Positions 1-12,254 of a DNA stretch of 60,346 nt are shown here, in pieces. A program made the translations under genes and the position numbers. Within the stretch, counting starts at the first letter, position 1, and every line of letters begins with the position of its first letter. The stretch is from Chiloscyllium plagiosum (lineage: Eukaryota). The stretch covers positions 64,612,864 to 64,673,209 of the forward strand of contig NC_057719.1 in assembly GCF_004010195.1 (NCBI RefSeq). The letters are read 5' to 3'. The notes below the pieces were generated by a model. That model was given only the letters and a program-made list of their open reading frames with translations, had not been told where the DNA came from and made no database searches.

Positions 1-600
1 GAAGGTGTGCGGGGATCAGACAATTGGGGTAGGGGCGATATGGGGTGTAGCCAAAGGGGGGAGAAGGCAATGAGTGGGCGGGGTGTGAGGAGCAGCCAAT
101 GAGGAAGAGGGGGTGTGAGGAGCAGCCAATGAGGGGGAGGGGGAGTGGAGTTCAGTGCAGAATTGGGGAGCAGCTCAGGGAAAAGAGTGCATCCTCCCGC
201 TCGTGGCGAGGTGATGACGTGTTTACGGAGGGCGGGGGTAGGCAGAGCTCTGCACCAATGACAGTAGAGATAAATAAAGTTGAGTTTGTTTTGAATAGCA
301 ATACATCCGGGATCTGAGCGTCCTTAGTAACGGGACTCGCCCGCTTGCCCACCCGAGAGAAGGTAGGGAGGAGGGTGAAGGGGGAGGAAATGGGCGAGAG
401 CTCCAGGATCCGGCCCTGAGCCTGGCGGGGGAGCTCTGGGCTGGGATTAAACCGAGTCGGATCATTTTGCTGTTTACATAAACGTGAGCGAACCCGTTGG
501 TTTGATGTCCCGCCTCTTCAGGTATTGAATTGGTGTCTTTCACCGATATTAGTAAATATCAGGAGTAAGCTCACCGGCGCCCGGGCGTGAAATTTCATGA
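1..600 (+). promoter_or_regulatory. GC/CpG-rich promoter and probable non-coding first exon of FSIP1
   Basis: GC- and CpG-rich against AT-rich introns. GC boxes (GGGCGGGG) at 76-83 and 230-237, CCAAT at 96-100, 126-130 and 255-259, CRE-like TGACGT at 215-220, forkhead TGTTTAC at 220-226 and 471-477, X-box-like GTCCTTAGTAAC at 320-331. Candidate donors are AG|gtaggg after 362 and CAG|gtattg after 521. The ATG exon has a splice acceptor 6 nt before the ATG, so an upstream exon is needed. Confidence 0.7.
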
Positions 601-649
601 ACTTGATTTCTCCGTGTTTTATTTGTCTGTGGGATTTTCTTCACGCCTT

Positions 650-1255
650 GGCTAGGCCAGCGTTGCCCTTGAGCAAGTGGTGGTGAGTCCTAGTGGTGTA
701 GGTGAACCCGCTGCCCTTATAGGGGTGGGTTGGGGGGAATTTCAGGGTTTTGACCCAGCAACAGTGAAGAATCAGTGATTATTTCCAAGCCATGACGACG
801 AGTGGGAACTTACAGATGGTGTTCCCATGGTGAAGTTGGTAGAGATTTGGGATTTGGAACTGCTGGCAAAAGAGCCTGGATGAATTGCTGCAGTGCATCT
901 TGAAGGTGATACATACAATTGTTACCATGTATTGGAGGTGGCGAGAGAGTGAATTTTTTAAGTATTGGATGTAATGTTCTTTCATTGATTGGCCTCCAAG
1001 ATCCACTCTGGAACTGGAAGTTAATCCTGTGATTGGTGTTGGGATACCATGCTGTGTCCAGACTGTCAGAGTGATTGACCACTAACACCACTGCACACTG
1101 AATGCAGTGACAGAGAGAATACTGAATGGATATGTTGTCAATTAAGAGAGGGTGGTTTTGTTCTAAATGGTGGTGAGCTTCATAGGTCATGTTCGACCCT
1201 TAACCATCCAGGCAAGTGGTGAAGAGCATTCCATCATCATCTTGACCTGCACCTT
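650..1255 (-). mobile_element. Decayed LINE 3' fragment (CR1/L2 group)
   Basis: Shares motifs (cagcaacagtgaag, gatggtgttcccatg, agagcattccatca) with copies at 1690-2480, 40800-41255 and 57590-58620. Boundaries are approximate. Confidence 0.5.
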
Positions 1256-1689
1256 ATGGAAGGTGGACAGACTTCTACTGCGAGAAAGCAGGCAGTAGCG
1301 TTTGGCTGACTGTCCCTTGGCTTTGGTGATGTCTCTGTCATAACCACATAACTATATGTTTGTAGAGGTTGGAAGAGTCTGATGTACAGCTGGCATAATT
1401 GAATGATATCTGTGTGGATGAGGTGTAGTACAAGGAGTCCTGAGTAGGATGTGATGTTGGGGGAGAGACAACACTGTGATTCATTGAGCACAGCGAGACA
1501 GGTAGTATTGGGCATGATCTGAGATTTGAGACATACCAGGATTGAAGTCAATGCGAATTAGGATAAAAAAAATTTCAGTGCTTGGCAGTCATGCTATGCA
1601 CAAAAGAAGACTGGCTTCCAACAACGACAACAATCATTTTAGTCATAGTGTATTGCTGCAGCAGTTTTTCAAGGCAGTACCCTCGGCTC

Positions 1690-2480
1690 AACCAACTGCT
1701 TCATTAATGACTTTCCTGTCATCACAAGGGCAGGAATGGGGATGCTCATTGATGATAGGCACCATTTGTAACTCCTCAGATACTGAACCAATCTATTTCC
1801 AAATGCAGCAAGACCTGGACATGATTCAGCTGATATCTAGCTGTAATATTTGCTTCCCACAAGCATTAGGCAATGACTACTCCAAGGAGAGCAAATCTAA
1901 CCATTATCTGATGACACTCAATGGCATTACAATTGCCAGTGAGGAATTCAGCAATGTACTGGGTATTAACATTGATCAGAAGCTGAACTGGATCAGTCAA
2001 ATGGAACCTGGAGCAGTGAGGGGACTGTGGGTTCCTCAGTGAGTTACTCACCTGATTCCCCACAAGTAAGGAGTGTGATGGGATACATTCCACTTTCCTG
2101 GATGAGTGTAGCTCAAACAAAACTCAATAAGTTCAATACCATCCAGGCAAAGGAGTCTGCTTGATTACCAACCTATCACGACTGTAAGTGTACATTTTCT
2201 TGATGGTGCAGTGACAGCAAGATGTACTATATAAAGGATGCACTGTGGCAACTTGCCAAGGTTTCTTTGGCATCATCATTCAAACCTTTGACTTCTATTA
2301 ATGTGGCAACAGTTATGGGAATACTACAAGCCACACAGCATTCTAACATGGAACTATGTTGCTGTTCCTTCAGTCACTGGATCAAGAACCTGGAACTTGC
2401 TTCCAGTGCTTTGGGCCTATCTACACCATATGGATTTCAGTGAAATAAAGCTGGGGCACATCAATTTCTGGATTTATGAG
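1690..2480 (+). mobile_element. Decayed LINE 3' fragment, same family, opposite orientation
   Basis: RT C-terminal remnant (LGINIDQKLNW) in ORF 1542..2042, and the ggagtgtgatgggatacattcccactt motif shared with the other copies. Confidence 0.55.
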
Positions 2481-2734
2481 TTGATTGAATGATTTGATAT
2501 CTACATTTTCATTTAAGGTCAAACTTTTCATTCCCAACAGCCTTTGGGAAGTGTTGCATCACCTAATGATTCAAGCTGCCAGTTCTAGTTAATGGGTAAT
2601 GTTGATTGGTAAAATCCTTTGGGACTTGTTTGAATTTTTTTAAAAGCCTTGTGTCTGTAAAATTGCATGAAGAAGTGCACTAATATTGCAGTAAGTCTTT
2701 GATTAGGCTCATAGTATTCAGCTTTGGTGTCTGT

Positions 2735-3346
2735 GTGGTCCAGTGGCAGTACTATACTCCTTAGATCAGGAGGTTGTGGACCAGCCAGCTACTAAGACTT
2801 GAGCACAAGGTGTTGCATGACGCTCAGTGCAGTCCTGATTGAATACTAAGACATTGGAGCTGCTGTCATTTGGATTAGGCATAAAACCAAGGGTCTTTTT
2901 TTGCCTCCTTGTAAAGGATCAAATGACACTATTTTGAACAAAAACAGGATTGTGTGGTTAGTTGTGTGCATGTAAAGCTAATTATCTGGTCTTTATGGGG
3001 TGGCACGGTGGCTCTGTGGTTAGCACTGTTGCCTCAGAGCACCAGGGTCCCAGGTTCGATTCCAGCCTCATGTGTCTGCGTGGGTTTCCTCTGGGTGCTC
3101 CGGTTTCCTATCACAGTCCAAAGATGTGCAGATCAGGTGAATTAGCCATAGTGTTAGGTGCATTAGTCAGAGGGAAATGGGTCTGGGTGGATTACTCTTC
3201 GGAGAATCGGTGTGGACTGGTTGGGCCAAAGGGCCTGTTTCTACACTGTAGGGAATCTAATCTAATCACTGTGTGCACATTAGAGGGAATGTCTCTCGCA
3301 TTATAATAGTGTCAGTGCTTGTTGAAAAGTAATTTAGTTAATTGGT
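2735..3346 (+). mobile_element. Old Deu-domain-like SINE split by a younger SINE
   Basis: Segments gacttgagcaca, cagtgcagtcctga, taaaaccaaggg and gtaaaggatcaaatgacactattttgaa resemble the recalled DeuSINE (SacSINE1/AmnSINE1-type) core. The tail resumes after 3267. Confidence 0.5.
2998..3267 (+). mobile_element. tRNA-derived V-domain (HE1-type) SINE
   Basis: A-box-like tggctctgtggttagc, B-box ggttcgattcc, V-domain tgtctgcgtgggtttcct..gggtgctccggtttcc, and a (aatct)n tail. Confidence 0.85.
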
Positions 3347-3365
3347 TCCATTATTTTAGGTGATA

Positions 3366-3533
3366 ATGGACATTGTCAGAGGCCAGCTTGATGAGATTTC
3401 ACGCCCAGCATCTGATTCTCGAACTCGTCCTGGGAGCCGGGTGGCGAGCGCTGCATCACCAGACAGGCGCCGTTTGAGTGTGCGTTCCTCAGGAGCTATG
3501 GTGGTTTTAACTCCTGAACCAATTTTACCTCAG
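3366..3533 (+). CDS. FSIP1: FSIP1 coding exon 1 (ATG; MDIVRGQLDEISRPASDSRTRPGSR...TPEPILPQ)
   Basis: Acceptor ttttag ends at 3359, ATG at 3366, donor CAG|gtaaaa after 3533 (phase 0). Matches the recalled vertebrate FSIP1 N-terminus ([25 protein letters not shown]). Confidence 0.92.
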
Positions 3534-3932
3534 GTAAAATGCTTGCTGTTTGAAAATCAATTGTTCCCCCTCCATTCTTTCTGAATTGTTTCTTCAGGCA
3601 ATCACATAATCAGAATTTATAAACATTTGGCTACAAGTGTGACCATTGGCCTGATTTTCAAAAGCAGAACAGAGAATGCTGAGGCGATGAGATTGGAATG
3701 GTGGAGGAAGGAGCTTTCATTTCAAGTTGGAAGGACATCTGGAGTTGCAAGACTCATATTCCAGAGAATCTCAAGCTCTATGGTGGTGTTCAAATTTTTG
3801 GTTATTCTTTAAAGGAGTTGTAAAGGCTAAGTTACTAATTTATTTTGTGAAATTATCAATACAGCACTTAAAGTGCAGATAGATACTGGGTAATGGTATA
3901 TTTGTAAATAATTATTTTGGCAGAATTTTGTT

Positions 3933-4683
3933 TTTGAGGTACTGCATTTTGGTAGGAAAAATAGAGGCATAGACTATTCCCTTAACGAGGAAAGACTTCA
4001 CATTTCTGCTTTAAAATTTCACAGAGGAATGTAAGAGTCCTAGTTCAGAATTCTCTGAAGGGAAACATGCAGATTCATTTGGCAGTTAGGAATGCAATGT
4101 TAACATTCATTTCAAGATGGCTAGAATACAAGAGCAGAGTTGTATTGTTGAGAGTGAATTAGGCATTGGTCAGACTGTATTTGGAATATTAGGGCGCAAA
4201 CCTGCTCACATGTCGAGGGAAGGATGTGCTGGCATTGGAAGGAGTGCAGAGGGGTTTATTATAGTGTTCCCAGGGATGAAGGGCATGTCATGTGAAGAGC
4301 GGTTGAGGACTCTAGGTCCATACTTGATGAAGTTTTAGAAGGATGAGGGATATCTCGTTGAGATACTGAGAGATCTCGATAGAGTAGATGTTTCCATTAC
4401 TAGGAGAGATGAGAACCTGAGGACATAGCCTTCAAGTAACCCTTTAGAACTGAGATGAGGAGTAATTACTTCAGCCAGCAGGTGGTTAATCTGTGTAACC
4501 CATTACCACAAAGGTGTATGGATGCCAAGTCAGTGAGTGTATTTAAACGAGAGAGAGATTCTCGGTTAGGAATGGGATCAATGGTTATGGGGAGAAGGCA
4601 AGAGAATGGAGTTGAGGAACATTTCAGCCATGTTTGATGGAGCAGGTTCGATGGACTGAATGGTCTACTTCTGCTCTTACAGT
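3933..4683 (+). mobile_element. CR1 LINE 3' fragment
   Basis: Decayed ORF2 C-terminus (FPGMKGMSCEERLRTLG; MRSNYFSQQVVNLCNPLP) and a CR1-type 3' UTR. Confidence 0.8.
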
Positions 4684-4753
4684 TTTGTGGAGGAGAATAA
4701 CTGTAAACTGAGGATATAATAGAACTGTGAACAGGACTTGGCATTGGAAAATA

Positions 4754-5117
4754 AAAAACCGCCTAGGAACCCTCCAACCACAAGGGATGAACTCGGATTT
4801 CACCAGTTTCCTCATTTCCCCTCCCCCCACCTTGTCTCAGTCTAATCCATCGAATTCAGCACCGCCTTCCTAACCTGCAACCTTCTTCCCGACCTCTCCG
4901 CCCCCACCCCAGTCTGACCTATCACCCTCACCTTGACCTCTTTCCACCTATCACATTTCCGATGCCCCTCCCCCAAGTCACTCCTCCCCACCTTTTATCT
5001 TAGCCTGCTGGACAAACTTTCCCCATTCCTGAAGAAGGGCTTATGCCCGAAACGTCGATTCTCCTGTTCCCTGGATGCTGCCTGACCTGCTGCGCTTTTC
5101 CAGCAACACATTTTCAG
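4754..5117 (+). mobile_element. Penelope-like element 3' end with hammerhead motif
   Basis: GIY-YIG C-terminal remnant (RLGTLQPQGMN), C-rich tract and hammerhead core. Flanked by the 11-bp TSD attggaaaata at 4743-4753 and 5118-5128. Confidence 0.85.
5025..5060 (+). ncRNA. Minimal type I hammerhead ribozyme motif (family A)
   Basis: CUGAAGA at 5029-5035, then A, stem II GGGC-UUAU-GCCC, then GAAAC-GUC. Predicted cleavage after C5056. Stem I is short. Confidence 0.7.
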
Positions 5118-6675
5118 ATTGGAAAATAGAAATCAACCCACAAAATTGTGAAGTAATGCACTTGAGGAGGACTGACAAGACAAGGGATAACATCATGAAT
5201 GAAAGGACCGTTAGAAAGGATTAAAGATCAGATGTCCCTTGGTGTGCAAATCCACAGATCCTTTAAGGTAGCAAGGGAACGAGAAAAAGTAGTTTAGAAG
5301 GCATATAGAGTACCTGCCTTTAGTCAAGGTTATGCCTTAACTGGTGTACTGTGTGCAATGTGATTGAGTTAGAGAGGGTGCAGTGGAGATTTACCAAGTT
5401 GTTGCCTGGGCTGGAAGGCCTGAGCTATGAGGACAGTTTGGAATTGTTTTCCTTGGAGCAGTGAAGATTGAGAGTGGTCTTGTTAGAGGTGTGTAAGGTC
5501 ACGAGGGACATAGATTGGGCAGATAGGAAGACACTTTATCTAAAAGTAGAGGGACCAGTAATCAGGGGCATAGATTTAAGGTAAGAGGTAGAAAGCTAAG
5601 AAGAGATATAAGAATTTTTTTTAACCCAGAGGGTGGTGGGAGTCTGGAACTCACTTCATGTAAGGATTAAATCAGAAGCTCTTGTAACATTGAAGCTGAT
5701 TTAGATGTTCAGTTGAATTGTTGTAGCCTTCAGGGTTGTGGGCCAAAAGTTGAAAAATGGATTTACTGCAACTGGATCTTTTTTTGTGTGGATCTGGTGG
5801 GCCAAATGGCCTCTTTTTTTTTTTTAATGCTGTAAATGGTTAGGAGAATTTATTGCATGTGATGCCATGATAACAGAAATGAAGTTGTTTACAAAGAAGT
5901 GGAAAATTTTCCTTTTATTGCATAAGAATAATAGCTTGTACTTTAAAAACCTCTCACATGCTGCACATATCTACAATGAAGAAAGAATTACTTGGTGAAT
6001 GGTAACACTTTCACCTCTGTGACAAAGATAGTAGGTTCATGCCCCTCTGCAGATGCTGACCCTGTAGTGCAAGGGGACTGTATGGTCATATGTCCTGTCA
6101 TTTGGATGAAATTGCAAACTGGCCCATTGGAAGAGAGGACAAGCTCGAAGGAAAGAAGATAACTGAAGGGCCATTGAGATTTGAGACATTGACAGTGAGG
6201 TTGGCGAGCTGACTGTGGAGGCCACAATATGGACGGTCATGCATTTGGTTACACAAAACTTTGAATGTTCTGTGATACAAAAGTAAAATGCTGCAGATGT
6301 TTGGAATTTGAAATAAAAACAGAAAATGTTGGGAACATGCTGTAAAACTGGTTGCAAGCCTAGGGAGAGAATGGGTTCACACTTTAGGTTGATTACCCTG
6401 CATTTGGGGGTGATGTAAAAAAATTTTTAATCTGAATTAATTTTTGTCAACAGAACATCATAATCTGATTCTACCTCTGCCCTGCCCTATTTTGTTCTTT
6501 TTATGTATTTTAGACTATTTGGGACCCTTATGTTCGCAGAGCAATTAAAATGATCACCGCTGTATCAGTCTAGGAATGTATGGCTTTGTAGTTTTTACCT
6601 CACGTTTAGAAATAGCTCAATTTGGAGAAATTGAAACACTCTGTTAGGGAAACTTTGTCTATGTTTTGATTGCAG

Positions 6676-6898
6676 GAAAGGTCTGACCCTTTGGATAATC
6701 ATATTAACTCCACGGATTCCACAGCAAATTCTTCCTTTGAGAATTTGGACAGTCAGCATGAAACCTTTAATGAGCAAGATGGAGTGAACAGTTTGGATAC
6801 TGACCGTGCAGATGCCAGAACACCCTGTGAATCTAAGTTATCACCAGAGGAACATTTGGACTCCATTGTACAAGAAATGCATGTGTTGGACAAATCAG
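6676..6898 (+). CDS. FSIP1: FSIP1 coding exon 2 (ERSDPLDNHINS...MHVLDKS), acidic/Ser-rich linker
   Basis: Acceptor ttgcag, donor G|gtatca. 223 nt, phase 0 to 1, open frame, compatible with the neighbouring exons. Confidence 0.8.
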
Positions 6899-7466
6899 GT
6901 ATCATTACTGCATATAATAGTTCAAAATTTTAATATTTCAATAGTGCCTTTTTATAACTGCTGCCTACTTTGCTTCATTAATTTTGATGCACGTAAGTAT
7001 CAGGAAGAAATGTTAGCATTATCGTTAATTGTGGCCATTTGCCTCCCTTGTAGACAGGTTATGGAGATTCATTGATTGTGCACATAATATTTTGCAGATG
7101 AGGGAACCATCAATCATTTTCATTTTACTTTTGTATTTCTTCAACATAACTCTACAAGCTCATTGAATTGGAGGATGAGGTATTTTATAGGTATACTTGT
7201 ATTTTATAATGTGAGAATGTGCTGGATCAGATTTCTGATGGCGGTGGTAAGAGATCAGCATTATCTCTCCTGTTTTAGCTATTGTTTCTTTTTAACTATC
7301 TAGTACCTTTCTATTCCTCTTTCTAGTCCCTTTTTGCTTTGTTATATGTTGAGTTGAATGGTTTTGTTTTAAACCTGGTGCAAAGATCTTTCTAATTATG
7401 TTTGCAATTTCTACCAGTTTTTATTTCATGCACTTCCTTTCGGCATCACTGCTTATTTTTTTTTTT

Positions 7467-7622
7467 AAATTACACAATATCAGGTTATAGTCCAACAGAT
7501 TTAGTTGGAAGCACTAGCTTTCGGAGCGCCGCTCCTTCGTCAGGTGGTTGAAAGAGCAGAGCTCTGGAAGCTAGTGCTTCCAATTAAACCTGTTGCACTA
7601 TAACCTGGTGTTGTATGATTTT
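7467..7622. mobile_element. Fold-back Penelope-like element (family B)
   Basis: Inverted arms caggttatagtccaacag..ttggaagcactagctt and aagctagtgcttccaa..ctgttgcactataacctg around a hammerhead motif. Confidence 0.75.
7512..7546 (-). ncRNA. Minimal type I hammerhead motif (family B)
   Basis: Reverse strand reads CAC-CUGACGA-A-GGAGC-GGC-GCUCC-GAAAG-CUA-GUG: 3-bp stem I, 5-bp stem II, palindromic AGCU stem III. Confidence 0.7.
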
Positions 7623-9094
7623 TAACTTTGTACACTCCATATCGTATTTTTCTTTTTGTGTGTCTCCAATAACTTTTTGTAATCTCTATTCATACACGTT
7701 TATTGATGAACTGGATCTTATTGTATTCGGCCTGGAACCGGCCTCCAGCGTGTTGACCCCATATCGTCCTCATGATCAAAAGACACATTTCTATCTCTGT
7801 ACTCTTGACTGTCTAGTCACTCTGCTGCTGAAAATTTAAATTGTGCTTCGTCACCTTTAAGACGGATGCCATGGCCAGTACTCCAATCTCACTTTTCTCC
7901 AACTTCAGGTCATCTAAGTCTCTCTTGCATACATTTCAAACATGTATCATGTTCTGTTCATCCATTAATCTGACCTACTTTGATCATACATTTGGTCTTG
8001 CTCATGCAATGCCTCAGGTTTAAAATATTTAATCTTGTATTTAGTTGGCATAAAACCCTTTCTCTTCACAATTGTTATAACTTCTTCAAGCCTGCCCTTT
8101 TATAGATCTTTTGATTCTCTGGTATCGTTTCACCCCTTGCTGCTTTCCTCAAAAATAGTGGAATCTTTGTATTAATCTGACCAGACCTAAAATGAGGTTC
8201 TCTATTTCAATCCAATTCTAGATGAAATACCCAAACTGTTAGCCTCCCAAGTGAGAAGCGATGAACTGGCTCCCATTCTTAAGGTTGATTGCAACAAGGT
8301 TAATTTCAAAGGGATTCATTTGCTTGTAGATATTTTTCTCCCAAATCTAAATAATCTTGTTTTTTATAAAGAGGGATTTTCTTGAGTTAACAATGGGTGA
8401 GTTTATTAATCAATAAATGCAAGAATAGTTAATAACACAACATGCATGCTGATAGATTAGAAAGAAATGATTTTAAAAAAAGGAAAAGTACAAAATTTTA
8501 AAATAAAACAGATTTAAGGATTAGTGTGAATTGTTTGTCAGGAGTGGATGGTTTAACATAATGGCTGTTGGGGTGGAGGATAATGTTAGTGTTGACATTG
8601 GTTGCTGAACAGTTGAGTTTGAGATTCTTGGATTTGTAAGCTGATCAAAGTTCTTGAGACCCAATTTTCTTTTTTTTTATATAAATGGCTTGTAGCACTT
8701 TGAATAAGGGAGAGTCATTACCTGCAACAAAGAGGTTACTAGGGAATAGTTCTTCAACTGTGACTATCAAAACATGCCCAGGCTCAAACACCGGCTGATA
8801 CATACAGGAGTGTTCAATCCCAATAGCTCTTTCTGTTATTATTGAAACTGGCTTTTTAATCCTAGTCCTCATTTTTCTTTTTGAATAATACACAAATGAA
8901 GTCTGCAGCTTGAGAAATAATCTGTAAGGGATGGCTTGCCTTTGAGCATGATTATCGGCCTTTCATTATCTTTGTATTCGCAAGAGATTACAGTTCATTC
9001 CATTTGAACTCTCTTTCGGCACTTTAGGTGTCACGTTCCATTGATCCCTCTCTCTATCTATCTCCAGAAAGCTGCTCAATTTGCATACAAAGGA

Positions 9095-9400
9095 TATTTC
9101 CCTGCATGGGAGAGTTTAGGTCCAGAAGGCATAGTCTAGAATAAAGTGCCACCAGTTTAAGGCTGAGATGAAGAAGGGTTTCTTCTGAGTGTTGTGATTC
9201 TTTTGAACGCCTTTCCACAGAGAGAGCTGGAGGCAGAATTCTTCTGTACATTTAAGGCTGAGGTAGATTCTTGATTAGTAGTGGAGTCGAGGGTTATGAG
9301 GAAAATGGCTGTGAGGAAGGTCCAATCAGCCATGATCCCGTTGAATGGTAGAGCAGGCTTGAGGGAGCTGAACAACCTACTTCTATTACTACTTCTTATC
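9095..9400 (+). mobile_element. CR1 LINE 3' tail
   Basis: tttaaggctgagatgaagaagggtttcttct...gagcaggcttgagggagctgaacaacctacttcta, similar to the other CR1 tails in the window. Confidence 0.7.
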
Positions 9401-10899
9401 GTCTAGCTGCGGTCATGTCTGGCTGTGTCAGCCATCCTTTTTAAAAAAAAAAGACACTTTGGAATTAAAAGTTTAAAAATTTCCACAATACTTCAGAGTT
9501 CTGACCCATCATCATATCAGTTTCTATAATTATTTTTGCTTTGATTTTCAGCTGCAGAAAAGTGCTTTACTCCTTTATTCATGGTCTCCTGCAGAACAGC
9601 ACAGTTCCATCACCCCTACACTTGTGGTTGTGAGGTGACTTTCTGAATACCAACTTTGTCAAGCAAAAGCATGTTCTTCTATCTTTGGTTTTAAGTTAAA
9701 TGATACAGTTCGGATAATTTCTTTAGAATTTAGATCAAATATTGCTACTCCTCATAAACAGTCTAACTAAGAATTAATGGAAATTTCAAAAGAATCATGT
9801 CTTTTTTTCCACAGAAAAGTATTGTGTATTGTGAGGATCAGTTTTCTCATGCCTGAGTATAAATGCAATCATTCCCAAGCAAAATTCATACTGATCAAAC
9901 AGAAAGACCTGACATAAAAAATCAGTGAAAAATACCAAAAATGTTTAGTCAGCCAGAAATAATTTTATCTCACCAACATAGTGAACTGTGCATTTAAAAA
10001 AAAAAAATTCTTGTCAGGGTAAAAGTTGCCAACACTGGTGAATAGAAAGATGTCCTGTTTCAAGTACTCAGTACTGGCACTGAAAGCTGACAAATTAAAT
10101 GCTGTATACCCACCTGCTGAGTATAACACGCTTCTCTGTCTTTATTTCAGAGTTTCTATCCCCTGTGGCACAAGTGCAATTTCTTTCCCATTTCTTCTCA
10201 GCAGCTTTTTGAGCCTCTCAGTAGCATTGACAATGAAATGCTGGGATATGATAATTTTGTGCCACAAGCCTATATCCACTCTAAACTGAGTGCCAGATAA
10301 GTGTCTGCACTCCACTGGATGCAAGCAGTCAATGCTAAATTAATTTGATATGGGTTTATGCAGTCACTGTATAATGTGAACACAACAATGTGTGCTGAAA
10401 TTCTTGAGTTAAAGTGTACAATGCTAAGCCAGTGTCCTGCATATAATGTAAGAATGTTCTAACCTGATTGTTTAAAAAAAAAGAGTTCCCATGGGAGGTT
10501 AGTTTCTGAAACAGTGTACCCCTTGTGAAAAAGAAATACCTTCTTGGTTGTCATGACTTTACAGGGCTCAGTCTGACAATAACTTGGCTCTAAATAGATT
10601 GTAAATTAGAAATTTGAGTACGTAGATCTAGTGTTCAATTTGTGTTATTAAATATAACAGTTGTTAAATCTCTAAGAAATTTTACAAAGGAATTGTGAGA
10701 AATATAATTGATTTTTGTAAATCTTTCAAAGTAAAAGAAATAATTAACTTGAATTTGTATTATTGTTGGTTAAACCAAATGCACACTACGACTGTTGTCA
10801 CATCTCAGGCTGGGTTGAAACTATGATGCCTCTTCACACTTGGTTGGCTTGTAAAGAAATTGTGGGTTTCTGCATAACAATCTTTTAAATGCAAGTGAG

Positions 10900-11200
10900 A
10901 GGGGAGAAATCTTACAGTTATACTGTGCTTTGCTATATCTTCAAACAGTTTACATGTGCTGAAGTATTTTTTGAAGTGTGGTCAATGTTTTAGTAATAAT
11001 GCGTTGCATACATGAAGGTCCTACGATCTATAAGGAAGATGAGCATCCAATAAAATTGCTCTAAATTACCTTGGTTGAGCATTCAGTGTCAACCAAACCA
11101 CTGGATGACCTCCCCGATTGCTTTTTAATAACTCATAGAATCTATTACACCCAATGTTTGCAAGGCGCTGTTGAGTTCACATCTGAAATATGGTGCATAG
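10900..11200 (-). mobile_element. Decayed Deu-domain-like SINE
   Basis: tgaagtattttttgaagtgtggtcaatgtt and ttggttgag segments resemble the reverse complement of the recalled DeuSINE tail and core. Confidence 0.4.
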
Positions 11201-11627
11201 TATTGGTTGTCTCTGACTGACTGATAGATTGTTATGGAGAAGATAGCAGTTAATGTTGACTGTCGGTTAGCTGTTGAGCTTTGTTTAAATTTTAAACTAG
11301 GCAAGTTGACCGGTCAAAGCAATCAGTCAGTATTCTTTTGCAGTATGAATGTTGTTTTCCATTTACCTTGGTACTTTTTGCAAATTGTCCTAATGAGCAG
11401 AAAGTAAAGACAAAGTGTGTCTTTTCTCACAAATGCTGATTTTTCTGAATGGTGAAAGGACTATCTGTTTGATTTTATTGTATATTTAGGTAAACCAGTA
11501 TTCTTTCATTGGAATAAGGGGACTCTGCTCAAATTTAAATATGAGGAAGCCAAAAATCTATCAGAATTATGTGGTGCACTGATTTTTCCCTCTCTTTTCT
11601 TTCATTCAAAAATTCTATCTACTTCAG

Positions 11628-11696
11628 CTGACTGTGAAGTGGACCCAGAGAATCATTTCTCTACTGCAGATCAAACCAAACCATCAAAGGAGTCTG
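11628..11696 (+). CDS. FSIP1: FSIP1 coding exon 3 (ADCEVDPENHFSTADQTKPSKES)
   Basis: Polypyrimidine tract plus ttcag acceptor, donor G|gtaaga. 69 nt, phase 1-1, open frame. It is a symmetric exon with low conservation, so support is mainly from splice signals. Confidence 0.65.
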
Positions 11697-11796
11697 GTAA
11701 GACCAAGTATTTTTCCAATATTGAAAAGAAATGTAATTTAATCTATTTAGACAGACTTGGCTCATTTTATCTGTTATAAAGAAACCTAATTTTTTT

Positions 11797-12014
11797 ATTA
11801 GATTAGATTACTTTACAGTGTGGAAACAGGCCCTTCGGCCCAACAAGTCCACACCGACCCGCCGAAGCGTAACCCACCCCTACCCCTACCCCTACCTCTA
11901 CATTTACCCCTTACCTAACACTACGGACAATTTAGCATGGCCAATTCACCTGACCTGCACATCTTTGGACTGTGGGAGGAAACCGGAGCACCCGGAGGAA
12001 ACCCACGCAGACAC
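11797..12014 (-). mobile_element. V-domain SINE 3' part (runs into an N gap)
   Basis: (ttaga)n tail and gggaggaaaccggagcacccggaggaaacccacgcagacac, very similar to the copy at 35201. Confidence 0.85.
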
Positions 12015-12120
12015 NNNNNNNNNNNNNNNNNNNNNNNNNNNNNNNNNNNNNNNNNNNNNNNNNNNNNNNNNNNNNNNNNNNNNNNNNNNNNNNNNNNNNN
12101 NNNNNNNNNNNNNNNNNNNN
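12015..12120. other. Assembly gap (others at 25613-25677, 31472-31609, 36203-36235)
   Basis: Runs of N. Confidence 1.
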
Positions 12121-12254
12121 CTTCTTCAGGAAGGGCCTGTGCCCGAAACATCGGATCTCCTGTTCCCTGGATGCTGCCTGACCTGCTGTGCTGTTCCAGC
12201 AATAAAGTTTCAACTTTGATCTCCAGCATCTGCAGACCTCACTTTCTCCTCGAG
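12121..12254 (+). mobile_element. Penelope-like family A 3' end, right arm of a probable fold-back element
   Basis: cttcttcagg (reverse complement of the hammerhead core) is joined directly to aagggcctgtgcccgaaac and the family A tail. The left part is hidden in the gap. Confidence 0.7.

Larger units (their letters stand above)
4700..5842 (+). mobile_element. CR1 LINE 3' fragment interrupted by a Penelope-like insertion
   Basis: CR1 ORF2 remnants (tgtgaagtaatgcacttg, agagagggtgcagtggagatttacc, ttaacccagagggtggtgggagtctggaac) on both sides of 4754-5117. Confidence 0.75.

Noticed and set aside
2998..3070. tRNA gene
   Set aside because: The A and B boxes are followed by a SINE core and tail, and no complete cloverleaf is evident. 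The same applies at 23198 and 35440-35516.
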